DNA from: an uncultured Chloroflexia bacterium
GTDB taxonomy: Bacteria; Chloroflexota; Limnocylindria; Limnocylindrales; CSP1-4
Assembly (NCBI GenBank): GCA_963749705.1
Contig: CAVVNQ010000003.1
Coordinates: forward strand, 160,001-224,000
Direction of reading: 5' to 3'
Length of the DNA: 64,000 bases
Below the pieces are notes generated by a model. That model made no database searches, had not been told where the DNA came from, and worked only from the letters and a program-made list of their open reading frames with translations. Of the stretch, positions 9,545-18,664 are shown piece after piece. Both the position numbers and the translations under genes were made by a program. The stretch's first letter is position 1, and every line of letters starts with the position of its first letter.

Positions 9545-10416
9545 CCGGCGAGCCGCAGGAGCGCATGGGCCGCGCAGACCTGCACATCCACACGATGGCA
9601 TCCGACGGCACGTCGTCCGTACAGGAGATCCTCGATCACGTGGAGCGCGTCGGGATGCTCGACGTCATCGCGATCGCCGACCACGAGCGGATCGACGCGG
9701 CCCTCGCGGCGCGCCGCATGGCCGAGGACCGGGGCCTGGGCTTCTCGGTCGTCATCGGCGAGGAGATCACGACCCGCGGCGGGCACCTGCTGGCGCTGTA
9801 CCTCGAACGCCGGGTGCCGTCGCTCCGATCGCTCGGATGGACGATCGAGGCCGTCCACGATCAGGGGGGCCTGGCGATCCCCGCCCACCCGCTGGTTCCG
9901 TACCCGCTGTGCGCCCAGGGCTTCGTGCTCCGCCGGCTGCTGGCGAGCGACAATCCGGCCGTACGCCCCGACACCATCGAGACGTTCAACCCCACGGCGC
10001 TCGGCCGCTACCGTCACAGGCGCGTGCTCGAGTTCGCGGCCGAGCTCGGGCTCGCCGAGATCGGCAACAGCGATGCCCACGCGACCGCCGCGGTCGGCTC
10101 GGGCTGGACGTCGTTCCCCGGCCGGACTCCCGACGATGTGCGCGCCGCGATCCTCGCCGGGACCAGCCGGCACCACGGCGACTTCCACGGCACCGCCGGC
10201 CAGCTGGGAACGTTCGGCAGGCAGCTCCGGAAGTACGGGCGCGACGCCCGGGCCGATCTTGGCGGGCGCCTCCGGCGCGACGGGACGGGCCGGGACCACG
10301 GCTATCCGGGTGGCCACCTCCGACCGCCCCGGTACGCGCCCGGCGGAGCGTCGCCCGCGCCCGATCCTGGTGGAGCGTCGTCAACAGCCGAGCCCGGCGA
10401 GGCGTCTCGCAGATGA
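9541..10416 (+). CDS. PHP-domain metallophosphoesterase
   Basis: DLHIHTMASDG, IADHE, GEEIT..GH, AHP and GNSDAH. ATGA overlap. Confidence 0.85.
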   Translation: MTGEPQERMGRADLHIHTMASDGTSSVQEILDHVERVGMLDVIAIADHERIDAALAARRMAEDRGLGFSVVIGEEITTRGGHLLALYLERRVPSLRSLGWTIEAVHDQGGLAIPAHPLVPYPLCAQGFVLRRLLASDNPAVRPDTIETFNPTALGRYRHRRVLEFAAELGLAEIGNSDAHATAAVGSGWTSFPGRTPDDVRAAILAGTSRHHGDFHGTAGQLGTFGRQLRKYGRDARADLGGRLRRDGTGRDHGYPGGHLRPPRYAPGGASPAPDPGGASSTAEPGEASRR

Positions 10417-11642
10417 AGATCGGCCTCGTCTCCCCGTACGTCTACCCGCTGCCGGGCGGCGTCACGCAGCACGTCCGCTACCTCTACGAGAACCTGCGGC
10501 TGCGCGGCCACGACGTCCGGATCCTGACCTCGTCCCACGGCCTCCAGCGCGCATCCGAGGGCGACGTGATCCGGCTGGGCAAGGGGTTCTCGGTTCCCAC
10601 GAACGGGTCGGTCGGCACGATCACGCTGTCGCCCCGGTACATCTCCCAGGTCCGGGCCGTGCTCGAGCGCGAGCGGTTCGACGTGCTCCACTTCCACGAG
10701 CCGTTCGTGCCGTTCCTGTCGCTCGTCCTGCTGCGGGAATCCCACAGCGTGAACGTTGCCACCTTCCACGCCTACGGCGGCTGGTCGCCGGCGTACGAGT
10801 TCGGCAGTCGTGCCCTGCGCGGCTATGCGGAACGGCTCCACGGCCGGATCGCGGTGTCGGCCGCCGCGCGGCACTTCATCGACCGCTACTTCCCCGGCGA
10901 CTACAAGGTGATCCCCAACGGCGTGGACCTGGACCGCTTCCGGCGGGCGGTCCCGCTGGCGCGCTGGCAGGACGGGACCCGGAACATCCTGTTCGTCGGA
11001 CGGTTCGAGCCGCGCAAGGGCGTGCTGGACCTGCTCAAGGCCTACCGGATCCTGCGCAAGACGGGCTGCGAGTGCCGGCTCCTGCTGGTCGGTGGCGGGC
11101 CGCAGGAGCGCGAGGCCCGCCGCTACGTGGCCACGCGCCGGCTGCGCGGGGTGGAGTTCGTCGGTCGCGTCTCGGACGACGAGCGGGACCAGCTGTTCCG
11201 CACGGCCGACGTCTACGTGTCCCCCGCAACCGGCCGCGAATCGTTCGGGATCGTCCTGCTCGAGGCGATGGCGGCCGGGGCGCCGATCGTCGCGTCCGAC
11301 ATCCACGGCTACAAGGGCGTGGTCCGGCGTGGCCGCGAGGCGCTGCTGGTCCCGCCTCGAGCGCCCAAGCAGATCGCGCTGTCGGTCGGTCGCCTGCTGC
11401 GCGATCCGGAGCTCGCCGCCGCCATGTCCGAGGCCGGGATCCAGCGCGCCGAGGAGTTCAGCTGGCCACGGGTGACCGCCAAGGTGGACGACTACTACGG
11501 GTTCGTGATCCGGCGGCTCGACGCCGCCGGCGCCCTGCCCGCGCACTTCTCGGCCGACGTCCCGCCATCGCCGCGGGCGGCTGGGTCGGACCAGGCCGGG
11601 GACGCGAGCGGCACCGCGGACGAGGTTTCGCGCCCCGCCTGA
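10413..11642 (+). CDS. pimA: GT4 glycosyltransferase, PimA-like phosphatidylinositol alpha-mannosyltransferase
   Basis: MKIGLVSPY..PGGV..H, NGSV, HFHEP, ATFH, GRFEPRKG and GRESFGIVLLEAMAAG. Confidence 0.78.
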   Translation: MKIGLVSPYVYPLPGGVTQHVRYLYENLRLRGHDVRILTSSHGLQRASEGDVIRLGKGFSVPTNGSVGTITLSPRYISQVRAVLERERFDVLHFHEPFVPFLSLVLLRESHSVNVATFHAYGGWSPAYEFGSRALRGYAERLHGRIAVSAAARHFIDRYFPGDYKVIPNGVDLDRFRRAVPLARWQDGTRNILFVGRFEPRKGVLDLLKAYRILRKTGCECRLLLVGGGPQEREARRYVATRRLRGVEFVGRVSDDERDQLFRTADVYVSPATGRESFGIVLLEAMAAGAPIVASDIHGYKGVVRRGREALLVPPRAPKQIALSVGRLLRDPELAAAMSEAGIQRAEEFSWPRVTAKVDDYYGFVIRRLDAAGALPAHFSADVPPSPRAAGSDQAGDASGTADEVSRPA

Positions 11643-11673
11643 CCGCACGCTCGCGGGGCGGCGCGGCGCTCGC

Positions 11674-14600
11674 TCAGGTCGCTCCCGGCTCACCCGCCGG
11701 GCCACCGGCCACGCGATCCGGGGCCTGGTCCGCCGGCTCGTCGGCCAGGGACTGGCGCCAGATCCACGCCGAGTAGGCGACCACGACGGCCGCGATCGCG
11801 ATGAACGCCAGGAGCAGCACGAAGCGCGGATCCGCGAACGAGATCGAGCCGCTGCGGTCGATCGTGTTGACCGAGAACTGGAACGCGTACAGGTAGGTCG
11901 GCAGCAGCCCCTGGTAGGCGTTGACCACCGTCGCCGGCAGCGGCAGCGCCGAGATGTTGGGATACAGGATCACGAACCAGATCGCGACCGCCGAGATCAG
12001 CCCGATCACGAACCGCCGGGCGTCCCGGGCCGTCACGACCTGGATCGCGACGAGCCCGAGCGGGATGGCGATCACGAGCGCGATCAGCTCGGGCACGATC
12101 CCCGGGAAGTCGAGCAACGGCTCGGTCGACGGGAGCACCCGCGACAGCGCCAGCAACGCTCCGCCGATGACGGCGGTCGCCAGCAGCGGCACGAGATCGC
12201 GTCCGTCAAGCGGACGCCCGTCCGAGCGCGGCCGCCCCAGGTCGATGAGCTGCCGGACGAGGATCACCAGCGTCACCAGCACGATGACGGCCATGGCGGC
12301 CGCCGCCGGCGTGATGACCAGGTTGCCGGGGTTCCCGTGGCACGCGGCCGAGCCCTCGTTGACGGAGTCGACGCCCGCGAACGTGCACAGCGGCAGGCGA
12401 AGGACCCACAGGATCACCGGTCCCATCAGCGCCACCGCGGCCGCCACCCGCGCCAGCAGCCAGGTCCGCCGCGAGGCGCCATGCCACAGCTCGGCGACGA
12501 AGTAGGCGAGCGCCATGACCACGAACGGCAGGCTCGTGTAGTAGTGGTACTCGAACGCCGCGCGGTCGATCCGCGCCCAGGACACCCACTGGCACAGGAA
12601 CCCGATCACGATCAGGCCGAGGGCAAGGCTCCGGCGACGGAACGCCTGGTAGGTGACGAACACGAGCGCCGGGACACCCAGCCACCAGATGACCAGGTTG
12701 CCCGCGTCGTAGATCGATCCCGCCGTCGATTCGGCGAACCCGCCCTGGTAGAACCACACGGGCTTCAGGTTGAGCGGCCACGCCCACCACGGCGAGCTGG
12801 CCGGATGCGCGGCCGTCAGGTTGTTGTGATAGCGGTACATCTCGCCGGTGAGATCCAGCAGGGTCTGGCCGTTGTGCCCCGGCGGCCAGCCCGTCACGAT
12901 CTGGTGCCCCTCGATCGCCGCCCACGGCAGGTACGAGATGACATAGACCACGATCGGGATCACGAGCAGCGAGCCCAGCATCCACACGATCGGCAGCCCG
13001 AGGCCCGATCCCAGGCGAAGCCAGCCCTCCGCGGGCGGTGAGGCCGGTGGGATCCCGGCGACGGTCCCGGTCGACGGGACGGGCGCCATCGGACCGAACC
13101 CGAGCCGCCCGCCCAGCTGGAACATGGCGTACGCCGCGAGACCGGCGAGGACCAGCACGAACGCGGCGGAGATCGGCGTCACCAGCACCGGGCCGAGGGC
13201 GATCGCCGTATCCGCCCGCCCCAGCGCGATGGACGAGAGCGCGAGCAGGATGCCCAGCGCCGGAGGTCCGCCCACCGCCAGCCGGATCTCGTCGTCCGAC
13301 CAGGCGATCGGGTGGTACGCGCTGATCGCGACCGCGGCCAGCGTGAGGCCGATCATCATCAGGGCGAAGGTGACGTTCCCGCTTGCCTCGCTCCCGGTCG
13401 GCACCGCGAGCGCCATCCAGCCGAGCACGCCGGTGAGCCCGATCATGCCCAGGATCAGCAGCACGCGACCCAGCGCGGAGCGGGCGAGGATCAGGATGCC
13501 CAGGGCACCGATGGCGTATGCCGCCACCCACTTCGAGGCCAGGGCGAGGCCGAGCAGCACCCCGATCGCGGGCATCGCCACCCAGAACGACCAGCGGCGC
13601 CTTGCGGGCTGGAGCCACAGCCAGGCGAACAGCAGGTACGCCGCGAGGATGAAGAAGCCGACGTACACGTCGTTCATCGCGATCCGGCTCTGGACGAAGA
13701 ACATCCCATCGAGGACGGCGAACAGGCCGACGAGCACGCCCACCTCGCGGCGACGGAACAGCACCCGGGTGAGCAGGTACAGCAGGCCCGCGGACAGGGC
13801 GCCGAGGATGACGCCCGGCAGGCGCCAGGCAAAGGCGTAGTCGTCGACGTTGAGCGCGCCGGTGGCCCCGCCCGCCGAGAACACCAGGATCGCGCCATGG
13901 CTGTCGGTCGGGTAGTCCTTGTTGCTGTCGAGGACCCAGGCCGCCGCGTCGAACGGCAGCCGATGGTCGGCGAACACCGTCTTGCCATGTGGCTCGATCA
14001 CGTACACGGTGGGGCTTCCGTCGGGCGCGACCCCCAGCGCGTCCACGAGCCCCGCCGCCTCGTCGTACACGATCCGGGACGTCGCCCCGGGCATCTGCAT
14101 CGTCGCGGTCATGCGCGGGCCGTCCTTGGCCGAGTCGCCGGACATCGCGACGATCGCCACCTGCGGCTGACCGATGGCCGCGTCGGTGCTCGTGGCGTAC
14201 AACTGCGTGCCGTCCTCCACCCCGCTGACGTAGGCGACCGAGGTCGCCGGCCCCTTGAGGGCGATGGTCGCGGCCAGGGCGCCGCGCGTGGTCACGAGGT
14301 CCACGCCGGCGGTGTCGGCCACCGCCAGCACGGGGACCTTGTCGATCCGGATCCCGGCCAGCTGTCCGCCATCGATCGCCGCCTGGAGGCTCGATCGCAC
14401 CTCGGGCGTCAGCGTGCCGGGCAGGGTCACGGTGTCGGCGTCGAGCTGTGTCAGGCCGGATGCATAGTCGGCGGCGTCCCCGCCCAGGATGCTCGCCAGC
14501 GTTGCCGCCTCGGCCGTGGCATCGGTGACGTCGACCGGCGTCGCGACGACGGCGTCGCTCTGACCCGCCGCCAGCATGTCGGCGGCACCGGGCAGCACCA

Positions 14601-17088
14601 CGCGCCCGTTCTCGGTGCCGGTGCCGCCATCGACGACCGCGACCGTGTCCCCGGGCAGCAGCGCGGCGATGGCCTGGCCGCCATCGAACGTGGCCAGGCG
14701 GCGGATCGATCCGTCGAGGGTGGCGATCGGCGTCGGCGAGACCGGCGGTGACGCCGCGTCGAACCCGCCCAGGTCATCGAGCGAGGACACGTCGAGCGCC
14801 AGGACCTGCCCCGCGTCCGTGCCCACCAGCACCTGAAGCCCGTCCGGGTCGAAGGTGACGGCAGATGCGCCGGGCACGGACCAGCGTGCGGCGACCGCGC
14901 GCGTCCGGAGGTCGTAGCCGACGAGCTCGTCGCCCGTGGCCACCCACACCCGGTCGCCGGCGCGATCGCCGGTTGCAAGGAGGTCCGGCCGCATCGGCTC
15001 GATCGCCGCGTCGCGGACCTTGACATCAAGCTGGCTCGTGGCCTCCACGTCATGCCCGGCGAACAGGACGATCCCCGCTGCGATCGCGTACTTCGCGAGG
15101 TGGGGGTGCGTCCATTCGTAGATCGGATGCTCGATCCCGTACCGCCAGTCCTGGAGGAACTCGGCGGCCGTGCGGGCGTGGTAGACCTCGTCGAAGTGCA
15201 TCCGCACCGGCTCCGCGAGCCGGAACATCCGCAGGCCCATGGCCGCCGCCACGATCACGACCAGGATCCAGATGTCGAGGCGATCGAGGCGGCCACGTCC
15301 CTCGCGGGCGAGCTGGTGCGACCGGTCCGGCCGGATCGGTGTCTCGTTGATGCGGGCCCGGAACCACCCGACGATGCCCAGGTCGGACAGCGACGGGCGG
15401 TCGTACCAGGCGGGCAGGCGGCGACGCGGTCGCGCGGAGTCCGGGTCCGCGGCCGGGTCCGGGACCGATCCGCCGACTCCTGATGCGTGCGGCACGGCCG
15501 GTGGCCCCGACGCTGCCGTCGCGACCGAGGCCGGGGCCGGGGGGATCGCGGTCTGGGCCGGAGGGATTGCGGCAGGCCCCGGGGAGGCCGTCGGGTCCGG
15601 TGGCGCGTAGGCGGGCGCACTGTCGCCGATCGAGCCGCGGAGGCGCTCCGCGGCGAGCCGGCGCCTCGCGGCCGGCCGGAGCTGCGCGATGGCCCACACC
15701 AGCACCGCGGTGTGCATCGCCGCGATGATCGCGACCCCCCAGAACGAGCGGACGGCCTCGCCGATGCCCAGCCAGTCGGCGATCCCGGGGTTCCCCGGGT
15801 ACACCGTGGTCAGGACGACGTACATGTTGAGGAACGTCGCCACCCCGGCGATCGCGTAGGCGATCCGCCATCGCCACGAGAACGCGATCAGGATCCCCGC
15901 CAGACCGAACAGCGGGAACAGGTATCGCTCGTGCACGCGGGTGGGCACCGCGAAGAACGCGAGCGCCAGCACCGACACGCCGACCAGGATCGTCAGCCGA
16001 TCCGGGCGCCGTGCGACGATGAACGAGGTGACCAGGATCACCGCCACCAGCAGCAGCGCCCCGACCAGAGCGGCCGGCAGCCCGCCGACCTGCGCCCACG
16101 TGGCGGCGTCGGGGACGGGCGCGTCCGGGATCCACTGCGTCGATCCCGACGATGCGAGGCTGACGCCGTCGACCGGGAACAGCGCCCACGCGTTGTACGC
16201 GTTCACGGTCACGAACGAGTAGGTGGCCGCGGTGCTCAGGACCAGGCGGACCAGCGCCGAATCGACGAACGGGGCGGTGGTGCTGAACGAGACCACCGAC
16301 AGCCCGAACGGCGCCGACACCACCACGGCCGTCAGGAAGCCGGCCACGGCCGTGGTCAGGATCCGGATCGGGCCGGTCGTCCGTCGCTCCCAGGCGGTGC
16401 CGGACGGCTCGGGTGCCGGATCATCACCCCAGCCACCGGACGGCCAGACCGCGCGGCGGATGACGACCAGGGCGAGGATCGGCACGAGGATGCCCAGCTG
16501 GGGCTTGATCAGGGCCGCGACCATGGCGAGGATGGCCGATCGCTCACTGCGGCCCTTCCACAGCTCGCGGATCGCGAGCAGCAGGAACACGGTCCCGAAG
16601 GAGTCCACCTGGCCCCAGATCGTGGAGTCGAACCAGCTGATCGGGTTGAAGATCACGACCGCGGCCGCGATCGTGGCGCGCCGCTCCGTGGTGCCGAGGT
16701 CGAGCGCCATGCGGTACACGACCAGCCCCAGCGCGATGTCGGTCACGATCGCGGGCAGCTTGATCAGGTCGCCGACCCCGCCCGCGACCTGCCCGACCAG
16801 GCCGACCAGCCACAGTGCGTACAGGTATCCGGGGGTGTAATCGGCGAAGAAGCCGCGGTCGTAGAACCCGAACGGTCCCTGCTGGCCGAGGTTCGAGGCC
16901 CAGTAGCGGAACAGCTTCAGGTCGGAGTCGAAGCCCGATCCGCGGAGTCCATCGATGCCGTATGCCATGATCAACCGGAAGACGAGCCCGATCGCCATCA
17001 CGATCAGGATCTGCCGGCCGATACCTCGCCAGGAGGTGTGGGCCGCGAGCATGTTCCGGTCGGGCGCGCCCGAACCCGAACCGGTCAC
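11674..17088 (-). CDS. ~1,800-aa polytopic glycosyltransferase: N-terminal GT-C module plus PMT/GT39 module with an inserted beta-propeller-like region
   Basis: N-terminal DYTPGYLY, KLPAIVTD, WGQVDS, KPQ and PTRVHERY. PMT motifs FDEVYH, THPHLAK, WRLP, SRIAMND, ASKW and YH..L...HP.SSPWW.WPL. AGGAGG precedes GTG 17088. Confidence 0.82.
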   Translation of the reverse strand: MTGSGSGAPDRNMLAAHTSWRGIGRQILIVMAIGLVFRLIMAYGIDGLRGSGFDSDLKLFRYWASNLGQQGPFGFYDRGFFADYTPGYLYALWLVGLVGQVAGGVGDLIKLPAIVTDIALGLVVYRMALDLGTTERRATIAAAVVIFNPISWFDSTIWGQVDSFGTVFLLLAIRELWKGRSERSAILAMVAALIKPQLGILVPILALVVIRRAVWPSGGWGDDPAPEPSGTAWERRTTGPIRILTTAVAGFLTAVVVSAPFGLSVVSFSTTAPFVDSALVRLVLSTAATYSFVTVNAYNAWALFPVDGVSLASSGSTQWIPDAPVPDAATWAQVGGLPAALVGALLLVAVILVTSFIVARRPDRLTILVGVSVLALAFFAVPTRVHERYLFPLFGLAGILIAFSWRWRIAYAIAGVATFLNMYVVLTTVYPGNPGIADWLGIGEAVRSFWGVAIIAAMHTAVLVWAIAQLRPAARRRLAAERLRGSIGDSAPAYAPPDPTASPGPAAIPPAQTAIPPAPASVATAASGPPAVPHASGVGGSVPDPAADPDSARPRRRLPAWYDRPSLSDLGIVGWFRARINETPIRPDRSHQLAREGRGRLDRLDIWILVVIVAAAMGLRMFRLAEPVRMHFDEVYHARTAAEFLQDWRYGIEHPIYEWTHPHLAKYAIAAGIVLFAGHDVEATSQLDVKVRDAAIEPMRPDLLATGDRAGDRVWVATGDELVGYDLRTRAVAARWSVPGASAVTFDPDGLQVLVGTDAGQVLALDVSSLDDLGGFDAASPPVSPTPIATLDGSIRRLATFDGGQAIAALLPGDTVAVVDGGTGTENGRVVLPGAADMLAAGQSDAVVATPVDVTDATAEAATLASILGGDAADYASGLTQLDADTVTLPGTLTPEVRSSLQAAIDGGQLAGIRIDKVPVLAVADTAGVDLVTTRGALAATIALKGPATSVAYVSGVEDGTQLYATSTDAAIGQPQVAIVAMSGDSAKDGPRMTATMQMPGATSRIVYDEAAGLVDALGVAPDGSPTVYVIEPHGKTVFADHRLPFDAAAWVLDSNKDYPTDSHGAILVFSAGGATGALNVDDYAFAWRLPGVILGALSAGLLYLLTRVLFRRREVGVLVGLFAVLDGMFFVQSRIAMNDVYVGFFILAAYLLFAWLWLQPARRRWSFWVAMPAIGVLLGLALASKWVAAYAIGALGILILARSALGRVLLILGMIGLTGVLGWMALAVPTGSEASGNVTFALMMIGLTLAAVAISAYHPIAWSDDEIRLAVGGPPALGILLALSSIALGRADTAIALGPVLVTPISAAFVLVLAGLAAYAMFQLGGRLGFGPMAPVPSTGTVAGIPPASPPAEGWLRLGSGLGLPIVWMLGSLLVIPIVVYVISYLPWAAIEGHQIVTGWPPGHNGQTLLDLTGEMYRYHNNLTAAHPASSPWWAWPLNLKPVWFYQGGFAESTAGSIYDAGNLVIWWLGVPALVFVTYQAFRRRSLALGLIVIGFLCQWVSWARIDRAAFEYHYYTSLPFVVMALAYFVAELWHGASRRTWLLARVAAAVALMGPVILWVLRLPLCTFAGVDSVNEGSAACHGNPGNLVITPAAAAMAVIVLVTLVILVRQLIDLGRPRSDGRPLDGRDLVPLLATAVIGGALLALSRVLPSTEPLLDFPGIVPELIALVIAIPLGLVAIQVVTARDARRFVIGLISAVAIWFVILYPNISALPLPATVVNAYQGLLPTYLYAFQFSVNTIDRSGSISFADPRFVLLLAFIAIAAVVVAYSAWIWRQSLADEPADQAPDRVAGGPAGEPGAT

Positions 17089-17115
17089 GGGGAGCCTCCT
17101 ACACAAGCGTTGAAG

Positions 17116-18612
17116 GTGAAGCGGAGTATAGCCGAGGGTCGCGTCGCGACCCCCCTGCCGGACACCCATGGCCTCAACCCCGCGACGATCGTCGTCGGGG
17201 TGCTCCTCGCGTGCGCCGCACTGGCCCTGTACGGGATCTCGAACCCCGTCCACCTGAACCAGTACAACCACTTCGTGTGGCAGGCGGACGCGTTCCTCCA
17301 CGGGCGTGACTGGTTCCCGTACCCGGTCCCCGACGGCACCGGCCAGCCGGGCAACTGGTACTTCCAGGACGTGTATCCGCTGACCGACGCCAGCGGCGTT
17401 CCCGACGGGCGCGGGCTGCTGCCGTTCCCGCCGCTCCCCGCACTGGTGCTGGTGCCGTTCGTGTGGCTGTTCGGCCTGTTCGCGGACCAGGAGGGCGTCG
17501 GGATCCTGCTGGCCGCGGCCGGGGTCGGGATCGCGTACTGGATGCTGGGCCGGCTGCCGATCCGGCCGTCGGTCCGGATCCTGACCACGATCCTGTTCGC
17601 CACCGGAACGGTCTGGTGGTGGTCGGCGGCCGTCGGCAGCACCTGGTACTTCGCCCATCTCGTCGCGGTCGACATCGCCCTGGTCGCGGTGGGCGTGTCG
17701 CTGGGTGCCGACCGGCTGGCAAGCGTCGAGGATCCATGGGACGAGGCCGACCGCGAGGCCGATCGGCTGGACCTGGAGAACGCGCCGGATCGAGGAGCGC
17801 TCGGCGGGCTGGCCGCGGGGATCTGGCCGCTCGACCGGTCCCAGGTGCTGGCCGGATTCCTGCTCGGCCTGGCTGCCACGGCACGCCTGCCGCTGGTGTT
17901 CGCGGCGCCCTGGCTGATGATGGTCGGGGGAGGCGGCTCGTGGCCCCGTCGCACGGCCTCGGCCGCGGTCGGCGCCGCCGGGCCGGTCGGGGCGCTGCTC
18001 CTGTACACGCTGATCACCACGGGCTCGCTGATCCACCCCGGCTACGACTACCAGTACCAGCTCGAGGCCAACGGCTATCCGACGCTCGGCTACCACCCCG
18101 AGTGGGCCGTCGAGGACATCCGGTACATTCCCCAGAACCTGGGGATCATGTTCGGAGCCCTGCCCGTGGTCGATCCCGACCTCAAGCCCGACACCCTCGG
18201 GTTCGCGGCGCCGCATCCGCTGTGCACGGCCCCGGGGGCGCAGCGCTCGCTGTTCGACCTCGAGTGCCCGCTCGTGCTGCCGATCGACATCGGGACCAGC
18301 ATCGTGCTCAGCGCGCCCGGCCTGTTCCTCGCCCTGTTCGCCGTCAGACGCCGGCCGCTCGCCCGGTTGACGCTCGGCGCCGGGGTCGCGGTGGTCACGA
18401 TCGCGCTGTTCAACCTCGCCCACTTCAGCCAGGGCTGGGTCCAGTGGGGCTACCGCTTCTCGCTGGACTTCATCCCGTTCCTGCTGCCGCTGGTCGCGCT
18501 GGGCGCCGCGCGCCTCGACGGCCGGCCGCGGACGACCGCGGTCGTGCTCGTCGCGGCGGGCGCGGCGATCAACCTGTGGGGCGTCGTCTGGGGCCAGATC
18601 CTTGGCTGGTAG
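17116..18612 (+). CDS. Polytopic membrane protein, probable GT-C glycosyltransferase (start uncertain)
   Basis: QADAFLHGR, PFPPLPAL, WYFAH and GWVQWGYRFSLDF, with many TM segments. Lies among GT genes. Confidence 0.6.
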   Translation: MKRSIAEGRVATPLPDTHGLNPATIVVGVLLACAALALYGISNPVHLNQYNHFVWQADAFLHGRDWFPYPVPDGTGQPGNWYFQDVYPLTDASGVPDGRGLLPFPPLPALVLVPFVWLFGLFADQEGVGILLAAAGVGIAYWMLGRLPIRPSVRILTTILFATGTVWWWSAAVGSTWYFAHLVAVDIALVAVGVSLGADRLASVEDPWDEADREADRLDLENAPDRGALGGLAAGIWPLDRSQVLAGFLLGLAATARLPLVFAAPWLMMVGGGGSWPRRTASAAVGAAGPVGALLLYTLITTGSLIHPGYDYQYQLEANGYPTLGYHPEWAVEDIRYIPQNLGIMFGALPVVDPDLKPDTLGFAAPHPLCTAPGAQRSLFDLECPLVLPIDIGTSIVLSAPGLFLALFAVRRRPLARLTLGAGVAVVTIALFNLAHFSQGWVQWGYRFSLDFIPFLLPLVALGAARLDGRPRTTAVVLVAAGAAINLWGVVWGQILGW

Positions 18613-18664
18613 CCCGCTCGCCGACCGGGTGGCCGGCAGCCGCGCGGCGAGCCGGCTCCGTGCC

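Noticed and set aside
15487-17109. N-terminal half of the 1,041-aa plus-strand ORF
   Set aside because: Arg/Gly-rich shadow of the minus-strand gene; long alternate ORFs are expected at this GC content.
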